From Thermoplasmata archaeon (GTDB taxonomy: Archaea > Thermoplasmatota > Thermoplasmata > Halarchaeoplasmatales > Halarchaeoplasmataceae), in assembly GCA_003560595.1 (NCBI GenBank), contig PWKY01000095.1, positions 6,421-70,420 on the forward strand: 64,000 bases of DNA, given 5' to 3'. Below, in pieces: positions 38,417 to 47,743 of the stretch. A program made the position numbers and the translations under genes. The first letter of the stretch is position 1. Each line of letters starts with the position of its first letter. Under the pieces are notes generated by a model. It made no database searches. It had not been told where the DNA came from and saw only the letters and a program-made list of their open reading frames with translations.

Positions 38417-39598
38417 TCAACCTACGTATCTTATGAGTAAAGGTAGGACCACAAAAAGTCCGATCCATGTTAATACGTTGGAGAATACACCTACCGTGAA
38501 CACCCTGATTATATTGTTGGACAAAAACTCGTTGGGTGTGTCGCTGGACGTTAGTGTTTTCAAGTCTGCTATAGAGGGCTTACGCACCTTTAACTCCACA
38601 TAGCCGGCGATCCACCCCGGACCTATCAATGTTAAAGACATAAAGGGTGCCAAAATAAAAGAAGTCAGGATCGAAAGAGGATGCCCTCTACCTAAAAGTG
38701 CCCCTAGAGCGGCCATGCCGCCGACAGCTATGAACCAGTATAACCAGGCTCGCCATATGTTCAATACGTCAGAAAAGATGAAAAGATATATCGCTAAACT
38801 GATGAAGAATGCCGGAGAGACAAAGCGTAGTGCACGAGTATATGCCTTTTTACTGATCTCTTCCAGATGCTCGAACCCGCTGTGTTTCCCCTTTGATCTT
38901 TCCACCCCCATGGCATCCTCGATCTCATCCATCACCGGGTCCATCTTACTGGAAGGTACCAGTGCGAGGACCCTACCGCGTTTAGAGGATTCGTATATCC
39001 TCTTTCCCATATACTCCTCACGTTCTTTACTAGCTGCCTTAGCTACCGATGGGGCGAAATTAGACACCCTTTCAATAACGCCCCCGACGAGGTCGTCGTG
39101 TTCCTCTAACTGCTCAACGCTTTTTTTTCTCTTCTCATCTGAAAAAGTGAGCATGGTTGATTTAAGGTACCAAAACATCTTCAACTTCTCACCAGGGGTC
39201 ATACCTCTAAACGCCCTACCCAGTGTGAGAGATATATCCCTGTCGATGAGTTCTACGTCTACATCTAGCTCATCAGCGAAGGGAACCAATCTCGCTACGT
39301 CGCCTTCAGCGTTCAACCCTTTGAACCTCCGCAGATTCTCTCTCAAAGCCTCGGTGAAAGCCTGATAAACTAAGACCCCGGTATTCCCTTCTTTATACGA
39401 AGGCAAAAGCTGCTTTTCATCCCAATCTTTCTTTCCCAGGGCTTCAAAACGCTTATCGCAGAGTGCAAAGGCCACAGTGACAGGCCGGTACTCCGTTATC
39501 ATCCTCAAAAGATCCTCTTCCAGCAGTTTTCCTCCTAGATAATCAACACCGACTAGGATGATACGGTCGCTGAACCTTTCTATCTTTGAGGCGCCCAT
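38417..39598 (-). CDS. TraB/PrgY-family protein with degenerate metal ligands
   Basis: LIDRDISLTLGRA, EREEYM, GHPLSIL, GWIAGYVE, NNIIRV; ATG 39598. Confidence 0.75.
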   Translation of the reverse strand: MGASKIERFSDRIILVGVDYLGGKLLEEDLLRMITEYRPVTVAFALCDKRFEALGKKDWDEKQLLPSYKEGNTGVLVYQAFTEALRENLRRFKGLNAEGDVARLVPFADELDVDVELIDRDISLTLGRAFRGMTPGEKLKMFWYLKSTMLTFSDEKRKKSVEQLEEHDDLVGGVIERVSNFAPSVAKAASKEREEYMGKRIYESSKRGRVLALVPSSKMDPVMDEIEDAMGVERSKGKHSGFEHLEEISKKAYTRALRFVSPAFFISLAIYLFIFSDVLNIWRAWLYWFIAVGGMAALGALLGRGHPLSILTSFILAPFMSLTLIGPGWIAGYVELKVRKPSIADLKTLTSSDTPNEFLSNNIIRVFTVGVFSNVLTWIGLFVVLPLLIRYVG

Positions 39599-39695
39599 TG
39601 TTATTCCACCACACACTAGGGCAATAAATGTTTTTTGAGAGATATTGCGCAACATTTATCCCATACCACGTTCTTTACCATTTAAAGTGATATAG

Positions 39696-39824
39696 ATGCC
39701 ACTCGATTCAGACAGATGCCATTTCTGCGGGAACTGGACTAAAGAACACACTCGCATCGGTGATAGGTCGGTATGTGAGGACTGCTTCAATGAACTAGTA
39801 ACCAAGATAAAGGAAGCACTCTAA
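39696..39824 (+). CDS. 42-aa C4 zinc-finger microprotein (absent from the ORF track)
   Basis: MPLDSDRCHFCGNWTKEHTRIGDRSVCEDCFNELVTKIKEAL; GTGA SD-like element upstream. Confidence 0.7.
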   Translation: MPLDSDRCHFCGNWTKEHTRIGDRSVCEDCFNELVTKIKEAL

Positions 39825-39959
39825 CCGCCATTTATACCTTGTATATACAGATGAAAATTCACACTAAACTTTTTATAGGACTCCTTTTAATCAATCTTTC
39901 CCTGAAGAGGTTTCATACTCTTCGGAAAATTGAAGATGGTTCCTTAAGGAGGATAAAAT

Positions 39960-41756
39960 ATGGTAGAACTCCATGACCAAACACTGAGAGACGCGCACCA
40001 ATCCGTCCTAGCTACCAGATTGAGGACGGAGGATATGGTTCCGATATGTTCTAAGATGGACGAAGTGGGCTTTCATTCCCTTGAGGTTTGGGGTGGAGCG
40101 ACCTTCGACGCCTGCATAAGGTACTTGAACGAAGATCCGTGGGAGAGGCTGAGCACGCTGAAGGAACACCTACCGAACACGCCCCTTCAGATGCTGGAAA
40201 GGGCCATGAACATCGTTGCTTACAGGAACTTCCCCGACGACATGGTGAAGAAGTTTATCCATTATGCACATAAGAACGGATGTGATAATTTCAGGATATT
40301 CGACGCTCTAAACGATCTTCGAAACATGAGGGTCCCTATAGAGACCGCTAAGAAAGTGGGGGGTCATGTTCAAGGTTCACTTTGTTACACCATATCTCCT
40401 ATACACACGGTAGAGAGGTATGTAGAGGACTTTAAAAAGTTAGAGAAGATGGGCTGTGATTCACTTTGTATCAAAGACATGGCAGGTATGATCTCACCCA
40501 CTAGAGCTTATGATATAATCAAAGGGTGTAAGGATGCCGGTATAAAGATACCGATAGATCTGCACAGTCACAACACGTCTGGCATGACCGGACTATCTTA
40601 CATGAAAGCTTGCGAAGCGGGGGTTGATATACTCGATTCATCGATATCTTCGCTGACTGGTGCAACGGGCCAGCCCCCGACGGAATCTATAGTCGCCGCT
40701 CTAAAGGACACCGAGTATGATACAGATTATGACATGGAATTGCTCATGGATATACGGGAGTACTTCAACGAAGTATGGAGAAAGTACAGCCATCTTCACC
40801 GTGACCAAGCTCTTAGGATCGATCCTTCTGTTACAATGCATCAGATCCCCGGCGGGATGCTATCTAACTTAGTAAGTCAACTTGAAAAGCAGGGTGCCGC
40901 GGACAGCTACGACGAGGTACTTAAGGAAGTTCCCAGGGTAAGAAAGGATTTTGGTTTCCCACCACTGGTAACACCTTCCTCCCAGGTAGTAGGTGTACAA
41001 TCGGTCATGAACGTTAAGTTCGGTAGATACAAGAGGATAACTAACGATACGAAAGAGTACTTCAGAGGCATGTACGGTAAGCCCCCAGGGGAGATAACCG
41101 ATGAGATGTACGAAACCATCCTCGGCCCCGATTGGAGGGACCAAGTCATAGACGATCGACCAGCAAGTTTGAAACAGCCGGAATTCAAGAAACGAAGGGA
41201 CGAGCTGGATGATATGGGGTTGCTCAGAAAACCCGAGGACGCTCTCACCTACGGCATATACCCCGATATCGGATTAAAATTCCTTAAAGGAGATGTTACG
41301 GCGGAATTCACCTCTGATCAACTACCATTGAAGAAGCCTGAAGAGAAGACCGAGGTAATCCGGAGACCAGAGTATCCTTTACAAGGTAAGGTAAGGGTGG
41401 ACGGAAAGAACTATCAGGTGAAGATGAAGAACCAGGACACGGTCACCGTAGATGGAAAGGATTACCGCATCTCAGTACTGTTCCCAGATGGTCAAAATAA
41501 ATCTTCAACAAAATCAAAAAATAAATCGGAACCTTCGGGGGAAGAGATAGAAGTCGTCTCCCCTATGCTTGGTACCATACTTCGAATACCTGTAAGCGCG
41601 GGAGATAAGGTCAGTGCAGGGGACCCGATCGCCATACTCGAGGCAATGAAGATGGAGAACGACATAACCGCACCTAAGGATGGAACCGTCAAAGAACTGC
41701 ACGTTAAGAAGGGAGAGGACGTCGAAGAAGGCGCCTTGATAGCGACATTGGTGTGA
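39960..41756 (+). CDS. oadA: Oxaloacetate decarboxylase alpha subunit (carboxyltransferase plus biotin carrier)
   Basis: DQTLRDAHQS, EVWGGATFD, IKDMAG, HSH, HQIPGGM, LVTPSSQ, biotinyl EAMKM; AGGAGG SD. Confidence 0.88.
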   Translation: MVELHDQTLRDAHQSVLATRLRTEDMVPICSKMDEVGFHSLEVWGGATFDACIRYLNEDPWERLSTLKEHLPNTPLQMLERAMNIVAYRNFPDDMVKKFIHYAHKNGCDNFRIFDALNDLRNMRVPIETAKKVGGHVQGSLCYTISPIHTVERYVEDFKKLEKMGCDSLCIKDMAGMISPTRAYDIIKGCKDAGIKIPIDLHSHNTSGMTGLSYMKACEAGVDILDSSISSLTGATGQPPTESIVAALKDTEYDTDYDMELLMDIREYFNEVWRKYSHLHRDQALRIDPSVTMHQIPGGMLSNLVSQLEKQGAADSYDEVLKEVPRVRKDFGFPPLVTPSSQVVGVQSVMNVKFGRYKRITNDTKEYFRGMYGKPPGEITDEMYETILGPDWRDQVIDDRPASLKQPEFKKRRDELDDMGLLRKPEDALTYGIYPDIGLKFLKGDVTAEFTSDQLPLKKPEEKTEVIRRPEYPLQGKVRVDGKNYQVKMKNQDTVTVDGKDYRISVLFPDGQNKSSTKSKNKSEPSGEEIEVVSPMLGTILRIPVSAGDKVSAGDPIAILEAMKMENDITAPKDGTVKELHVKKGEDVEEGALIATLV

Positions 41757-41760
41757 TAAT

Positions 41761-41940
41761 ATGAGTGCGCTAGAAGTCATATTGATAGGACTTGCAGTAG
41801 TATTTGCCACCCTGACCATACTCACCTTGAGCACCTATCTATTTGGATGGATAATCAACAAATACTTCGTTAAAGAGGAAGATGACAGAGCTAAAGTAGC
41901 TGCCATCGTAGCAGCCATACGATCAAGGGGTGTGCGTTAG
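41761..41940 (+). CDS. oadG: OadG/MmdD-type small membrane subunit (absent from the ORF track)
   Basis: MSALEVILIGLAVVFATLTILTLSTYLFGWII...KVAAIVAAI; fills the alpha-beta gap exactly. Confidence 0.85.
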   Translation: MSALEVILIGLAVVFATLTILTLSTYLFGWIINKYFVKEEDDRAKVAAIVAAIRSRGVR

Positions 41941-43041
41941 ATGTTCGAGATGGGCATATTCGCCCTCACGTGGCAAAACGTAGTCATGCTTTCAGTCGGA
42001 CTGCTGCTTATATATCTGGGTGTAGAAAAGAACATGGAACCACTTCTGCTGGGTCCCATAGGTTTCGCGGTCATACTAGCCAATCTGCCGCTGACAGGTA
42101 TAGCAGAACCAAGCGGACTTTTAAATATAGTTTATTCCGAACTGATCGCTACGGGTATCGTACCACTGATAATATTCCTAGGTATCGGGACCATGACCGA
42201 CTTTTCACCATTACTAGCTAATCCGAAGACGTTTTTACTTGGAGCCGCAGCCCAGGTGGGCATATTCCTCGCTTTAGGGCTTGCTATCTTCATAGGCTTC
42301 GATCTGAATGCAGCTGCATCCATAGGTATAATCGGCGGTGCCGACGGTCCAACAGCGATATATGCGGCCACAAGACTGGTCGGGGACCGCCCCGGCATCA
42401 TCGCCGCGGTCACGGTTTCAGCTTACTCTTACATGGCCTTAGTACCTATAATCCAGCCACCGATCATCAAGGCTTTGACAACAAAGGAACAGCGTAAGAT
42501 CAAGATGGGCAAGATGAGGAAAGTTAACAGATTAGAAAAGATCGTATTCCCTATCGGCGTCACCATCATAGTCGGTCTCATAGTTCCCTCCGCTTTACCT
42601 TTAGTCGGTATGCTGATGCTGGGGAATCTGTTCCAGACCTCTGGCGTTATGGATAGACTATCAAAAACAGGTGGTAACGCCTTGATGGACATAGCCACCA
42701 TAATGCTCGGACTTGGAGTCGGCTTCCTCATGACCGGGGACACGTTCATACAAGTGGAAACACTTAAAATACTGCTGCTTGGAGTTTTCGCCTTCGCAAC
42801 CGCAACCGCAGGCGGTACCCTTTTCGGACAGATATTCTACAAACTGTCTGGTGGTAAGATCAACCCCATGATAGGTGCGGCTGGAGTGTCTGCGGTACCC
42901 ATGGCATCACGTGTAGTTCAGAAGATGGGCCAGGATGAGGATCCAGGCAGCCATCTGTTGATGCATGCCATGGGCCCCAACGTGGCCGGAGTCATAGGTT
43001 CTGCCACTGCGGCGGGTATACTGATAGGATTACTTGGGTGA
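41941..43041 (+). CDS. oadB: Na+-translocating decarboxylase beta subunit
   Basis: EPLLLGPIG, GIIGGADGPT, SAYSYMALVP, GAAGVSAVPM, HAMGPNVAG. Confidence 0.95.
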   Translation: MFEMGIFALTWQNVVMLSVGLLLIYLGVEKNMEPLLLGPIGFAVILANLPLTGIAEPSGLLNIVYSELIATGIVPLIIFLGIGTMTDFSPLLANPKTFLLGAAAQVGIFLALGLAIFIGFDLNAAASIGIIGGADGPTAIYAATRLVGDRPGIIAAVTVSAYSYMALVPIIQPPIIKALTTKEQRKIKMGKMRKVNRLEKIVFPIGVTIIVGLIVPSALPLVGMLMLGNLFQTSGVMDRLSKTGGNALMDIATIMLGLGVGFLMTGDTFIQVETLKILLLGVFAFATATAGGTLFGQIFYKLSGGKINPMIGAAGVSAVPMASRVVQKMGQDEDPGSHLLMHAMGPNVAGVIGSATAAGILIGLLG

Positions 43042-43045
43042 TAAA

Positions 43046-43375
43046 ATGAAAAGCGAATTCATCAAAAAAGGAGAAGAGAAAGAAAGGAAAGAAGTGAACG
43101 GTAAGTTATTCCGTCTGCTTCAAAAATCCACTGCCATGGAATCGATAATCGCCGAACTAGACGTTGGTGTGCAGTCAGAAACCTACCGGCATAAAGGAGA
43201 GGAAGTACACCTTGTTCTAAGTGGTAAGATCGAATACATGGTAGGTGACGAAGTTTATATCATGGAAGAAGGGGACGTCCTTTGGCACAGATCGGACGTC
43301 GATCACCTAGCTAGAAACATAGGCGATGTAAAAGCAGTTTACATCACCATCAGTTCACCACCGACCTTCATGTGA
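43046..43375 (+). CDS. Stand-alone cupin protein
   Basis: HKGEEVHLVLSG..EGD..H..N cupin motifs. Confidence 0.8.
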   Translation: MKSEFIKKGEEKERKEVNGKLFRLLQKSTAMESIIAELDVGVQSETYRHKGEEVHLVLSGKIEYMVGDEVYIMEEGDVLWHRSDVDHLARNIGDVKAVYITISSPPTFM

Positions 43376-43376
43376 G

Positions 43377-44021
43377 GTGTGTATCATAAAAGTATATCGG
43401 GTGGATAAAACAACGTCGACCAACGACCTTGCTAGAAGTTTAAACGGAGGTAGTGAGGATTTTGCAGTGGTCGCTGAAGAACAGACTTCTGGGCGAGGCC
43501 GATTAGACCGCAAATGGATATCACCCAAAGGTGGACTCTATTTTTCGATCTGTACTGAACATGAACCTTTATTGCCGTTGAAGGTCGGCGCTGCGGTTGC
43601 CCAGACCTTGGATGACCTGGGTGTGAAACCGTCGCTTAAATGGCCCAACGATGTTTTGGTCGATGATAAGAAAATTTGTGGCATATTGGCAGAATCTGTC
43701 GGCCGCAGAGCAGTGGTAGGTCTCGGTGTCAACATCGATCGCTCCCCAGTAGAGGGGAGTACTTGTATCCACTCGGTGCTGGGACGCCCACTTGCTTCTG
43801 AAACTGTAATGAATGGGATCATCACAAGATTCAAACGTATCACTCATGTGATGGATGACTACAAAAGGTATTCATCTACAATAGGTAGTAATGTGATGAT
43901 CGAAACCCCCAGCGGCAAAGTGACGGGTATCGTTGAAGATATCGATGAAAAGGGTAGGATAGTTTTGGATAATGGACGTAAGATAATATCTGGCGACGTG
44001 ATCCACCTTCGAAGTAAATGA
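43377..44021 (+). CDS. birA: Biotin--protein ligase (no HTH domain)
   Basis: STND, QTSGRGR, GGLYFS, KWPND, KICGIL. Confidence 0.92.
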   Translation: MCIIKVYRVDKTTSTNDLARSLNGGSEDFAVVAEEQTSGRGRLDRKWISPKGGLYFSICTEHEPLLPLKVGAAVAQTLDDLGVKPSLKWPNDVLVDDKKICGILAESVGRRAVVGLGVNIDRSPVEGSTCIHSVLGRPLASETVMNGIITRFKRITHVMDDYKRYSSTIGSNVMIETPSGKVTGIVEDIDEKGRIVLDNGRKIISGDVIHLRSK

Positions 44022-44022
44022 A

Positions 44023-45459
44023 TCAATCTTGATCTAATGCGCTCCAAAGTATGGCTATGTCCTTTCTATCGATCCCCTTTATCAAATATAGAACTCCCAC
44101 ATAGACTAGGAACGAAACAGTAAGTATTGGTAACAACCCTATATCTACAATCGGTACAAAAAGTAGTGCACCCATGGCAAGGCTGGCGCAAAATGGTTTC
44201 CATAGGTATGCCAATGGTAGTGGTTCTAGGTACTTAGAAACTCGATGATAGTTAGTCAAAAAGTGGATCATCTCTGCCAAAACCAGTGCCATGGCCGCCC
44301 CTATAACTCCGTAGTTCGGTATCAATAAAAATGCGGCTATCACCAATGATATGGACGATATGAACAAATTGGTAGAAGCTTCTGAAGTTTTATCACTAGA
44401 CCAAAGTGCTATCTTTAAACTGCCGTTCATGAATAGGAACGGCAGGATCCATACCATGGTTCGAAATACGGGTACAGTATCCATAAACTCAGCCCGATAT
44501 ATAAGGCCTAAAACGTCTTCGGTGACGATATAGAGCGCCATGGTGATAGGTAGACCGGATATAAGCATGTACTTCATCGATCTTTTGTAGGTGCGGTTCA
44601 GTACCTTGACCCCTTCTTTGTATTTCCTTGAAAATACTGGGTATAGTGCTCTGCCGAAGGAGTAGGGTACCACTCCTAAAAATACCACTATCTTCCACCC
44701 CGCACTGTACACACCGGTTGCATAGTCGCCTTCCATCACCGTTAATAGTAGAACGATCACGTGCCCGTAAAATACTGCAAGGAGTACGAAGATCGTGAAA
44801 GGTATGGTGGTCTTCAAAGAATTGGGGATGCTATGATATTTGGGCTTGATCATCCTCTCACCGATGACTAATTTATAAGCAACTAATGATATCAACAAAT
44901 TAAGAAGATAAGATAACAGTAAAAGCCTGAGTATGTTCGTTAGGTCCAACCCCATACTGATGGCGGTGAAACCTATACCCAGATATATACTTCTATTTAT
45001 CATCTCGGTGATACCCTGTATATCCATACGTTCATGTGCTTGAAAAATTGCACCGAAAGAACCGGAGATCTTTTCGATACTCAACATAACGCCTACTAAA
45101 AGCAGTATCCCCAGGGTCATATCGGTATCTAGATAGGATATCAGAAGATGATACAGGATCATCAATATCCCAAAGTTAAGTAGGCATAATAGTAACCTGC
45201 TTGCCAATATAGTTGAAAGTATCTCTGAAGTACGTTTTGGTGCTCTAGAAACCTCCCTTATGGCCATCTCATCAAAACCGAAATCCACCATCACCGCCGT
45301 TATGTATGCGATGGCGAAAGCTAAGTTGAAGATACCGAAACTAGCGGGGAGTAGATGATTAGCTAAGAGTATAACGAAAAGAGCTGTCAGCACTCTAGAG
45401 ACTAACTTTGCTATCATCAACCAAGATGTGTTCCTAGCTATCTTTAAGTCGGCTTTCAA
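44023..45459 (-). CDS. Flippase (Wzx/MOP family oligosaccharide exporter)
   Basis: About 14 TM segments, DFGFD, GVYSA, LIPNYGVIGAAMA. Confidence 0.85.
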   Translation of the reverse strand: MKADLKIARNTSWLMIAKLVSRVLTALFVILLANHLLPASFGIFNLAFAIAYITAVMVDFGFDEMAIREVSRAPKRTSEILSTILASRLLLCLLNFGILMILYHLLISYLDTDMTLGILLLVGVMLSIEKISGSFGAIFQAHERMDIQGITEMINRSIYLGIGFTAISMGLDLTNILRLLLLSYLLNLLISLVAYKLVIGERMIKPKYHSIPNSLKTTIPFTIFVLLAVFYGHVIVLLLTVMEGDYATGVYSAGWKIVVFLGVVPYSFGRALYPVFSRKYKEGVKVLNRTYKRSMKYMLISGLPITMALYIVTEDVLGLIYRAEFMDTVPVFRTMVWILPFLFMNGSLKIALWSSDKTSEASTNLFISSISLVIAAFLLIPNYGVIGAAMALVLAEMIHFLTNYHRVSKYLEPLPLAYLWKPFCASLAMGALLFVPIVDIGLLPILTVSFLVYVGVLYLIKGIDRKDIAILWSALDQD

Positions 45460-45487
45460 TATTATCGTAGGGGTAGAGTGATAGAAT

Positions 45488-46495
45488 CTATAAAAAATCC
45501 TCGATAAGTTTTATCATCCAAGATGTGACGTCGATCTTATCCTTCAACAAACGCTGCCAACCCTCGGTTATATCTTTTTTTAGCATGACATCTGCGCATC
45601 GGAGTGCTTTCTCCAAGGAACTCACGGTTTTCCCTAAACCGTATCTATTCTCCTGATCGTCAAGGTAGCATCTTCCAACCCGTGAAGCATATACCCAGGG
45701 TACACCAAGAACTCCAGATTCCGAGGCCGCAGTCGCTCCTTCACCCACGTACAGTGCGGCATGAGCCAAGAGGTGATGATATAGGTGTTCTGGGATATTC
45801 ATACGAAATCGGTCTAATTTTGAAGGTAGAGGCGATTCCGAATCGACGATCACCTTTTTATATTCACTCAGTCCCAATATCAGCTGGACCTTCTCTTCCT
45901 CCGACAGGGCCCCCTCTCCCTCCTGGTGACTGGCATCTAGAGACGACAAGCGGACCACGATATATTCTCCAATTTCTAAGCCCAAATCCTCTATAATAGA
46001 TGGGTCGGGTTCAAATCGGTCTGGATGTAGATAGGCAAGTTCGTGATATCCAGGATAAGGTCTGTGTTTGTGTGCAGGAACCGGTGCACGGTAGCAGTCA
46101 GGAGTAGCTACTACGGTGGCAAAGGGAAATGTTAGCATGTTGGTGAACCTGGCGTTTTCTGTATCTGTAAAGTCGATGGAAGGAACACCCAAACAGGCCC
46201 CGGCATGAACTGAGTATAAACCGCCTATGGAAAGTGTGAGATCTGGCTTGAATCTACGTGCTATATTGATCAATCTGATATCGTTTGCCATCACACCCCA
46301 TGCCTTCGCCGGTCTATTGGGGTACGTTTTACCAAATATGCTATATGTGATATCGAAAAGATCCAGCAGTTTTGTGGTATTTTCCCTTTCCTTAACACAG
46401 ACCAAGCACTCATGCCCTTTACTTTCAAGCTCAGCTATGAGGTGCCTGAAGAAATGCACGTGCCCCGGATGACCCATTACCACTAGTATCTTCAA
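45488..46495 (-). CDS. DUF354 family glycosyltransferase-like protein
   Basis: HPGHVHFF, DTE, YPGYHELAYLHP, EGATAASESGVLG. Confidence 0.85.
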   Translation of the reverse strand: MKILVVMGHPGHVHFFRHLIAELESKGHECLVCVKERENTTKLLDLFDITYSIFGKTYPNRPAKAWGVMANDIRLINIARRFKPDLTLSIGGLYSVHAGACLGVPSIDFTDTENARFTNMLTFPFATVVATPDCYRAPVPAHKHRPYPGYHELAYLHPDRFEPDPSIIEDLGLEIGEYIVVRLSSLDASHQEGEGALSEEEKVQLILGLSEYKKVIVDSESPLPSKLDRFRMNIPEHLYHHLLAHAALYVGEGATAASESGVLGVPWVYASRVGRCYLDDQENRYGLGKTVSSLEKALRCADVMLKKDITEGWQRLLKDKIDVTSWMIKLIEDFL

Positions 46496-46602
46496 ACTTC
46501 CACCTGAAAGGTCATCGATGGTAGAGGATATAAAATTACCTTACATGTTGAGTCGAAAGGCGATCTGCTATCAGAAGATCAAATAGACTAAGTGAAAGTC
46601 GC

Positions 46603-47337
46603 TCAAAAGAAATCATGCAGCTTGTCCCTTCGGTAAAGATCGAGCTGGCTCACGGTAGCGTTCTTAGTCCTCTTTAAAGCAAATAGTACGGTTTCCGCCA
46701 CCTCTTCCGGTTCAAGCATCTCACCTTCATTAAATTTATCTTTATAGAGTGTACCGTCCTCCGAGGGTATCTCCGTTCTCACTTCGGAGGGATTGACCAG
46801 GGTAACGGCAACTCCATCTTTTCCAAAGATGGCTTCTATACTGTGTGCGAACCCCTTTACCCACCATTTTGAAGAAGCGTATATCGGGTTGAACGACCTT
46901 GGATGGTTAGAGTCGAAGCTTCCGATGAATACGATGTTACCTTTAGACTCCTTTATATATGGTAGAGCCTCCCTGGTGGCGTAAAAGGTTCCATCAACGT
47001 TGGTCTCCATAACCGCCTTATAGTCCTCTGTTGAAAAATCCTCCATATCTCCGTATCTGATCACTCCAGCGTTATTGACCAGTATATCTAAACCGCCGAA
47101 GTGCTCTACGGTTTTACGCATCATGCTTTTTACATCTTCTTCCTTCCGTATGTCTGTCGGAACAACGAGTACATCTTTTCCTTTGATCCTATCCGCGACT
47201 TCTCTAAGTTTGTCCTCGCTTCTTGAACACAACACCACTTTACATCCTTCCTCGGCCAGCTTTATAGCGATATGCTTACCGATACCAGCGCTTGCGCCGG
47301 TTATCACTGCCTTTTTACCTTCTAGAGATGATGACAT
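46603..47337 (-). CDS. SDR family oxidoreductase
   Basis: TGASAGIG, NNAG, YASSK. Confidence 0.9.
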   Translation of the reverse strand: MSSSLEGKKAVITGASAGIGKHIAIKLAEEGCKVVLCSRSEDKLREVADRIKGKDVLVVPTDIRKEEDVKSMMRKTVEHFGGLDILVNNAGVIRYGDMEDFSTEDYKAVMETNVDGTFYATREALPYIKESKGNIVFIGSFDSNHPRSFNPIYASSKWWVKGFAHSIEAIFGKDGVAVTLVNPSEVRTEIPSEDGTLYKDKFNEGEMLEPEEVAETVLFALKRTKNATVSQLDLYRRDKLHDFF

Positions 47338-47403
47338 GATGTTTCAATAGGTAAAACACGCTAAATAATTTATGAAAGCTTACTCTATACTGTTCAGAGG
47401 TAG

Positions 47404-47439
47404 AGAACCCCACAGTTCTACTGCAGGGGAGGATGTCAC
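47404..47439 (+). mobile_element. Solitary IS200/IS605-type end
   Basis: AGAA-CCCCACAG-TTCTA-CTGCAGGGG-AGGATGTCAC; same architecture and TCAC terminus as the right end at 22987-23018. Confidence 0.55.
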
Positions 47440-47560
47440 TTAGGCAAGTTACTGTACATGGAACTTGGATGGAGATACAAAAAAGAGACTATGATCGAAT
47501 GATGAAAAACGAATTACAATGGGGGTGCTGGAACTCACTCCGTATCGCTCCGCTTCCAAA

Positions 47561-47743
47561 CTTTTTTCTCCAAACAAAAGTTTGGGCACGGGGGCCCGCA
47601 GAAAACAAAGTTTTCGAGTGGGCCAGTGGAAATCAAAGATTTCCACGGAGTGCACTAATTTGATAAAATTTGTGTGCAAGCGGAAGGTTTCCTTCCGTGT
47701 AGTGCCGCCGCTTTTTTCTCCGGAAAAAAGTGGGGGCACGGGG
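47561..47743. repeat. 33-nt direct repeat 150 nt apart (tRNA-Trp 3' end plus trailer) enclosing a hairpin array
   Basis: 47561-47593 vs 47711-47743, 28/33 identical; hairpins at 47601-15, 47626-46, 47681-97, 47711-30. Confidence 0.75.

Noticed and set aside
38715-39365. 216-aa plus-strand ORF, and similar short antisense ORFs throughout (e.g. 4729-5151, 11027-11422, 29669-30112, 62275-62838)
   Set aside because: All lie fully antisense to well-supported genes and show no motifs.
47520-47743. Possible CRISPR array
   Set aside because: Only two imperfect repeats, no regular spacer series and no cas genes.
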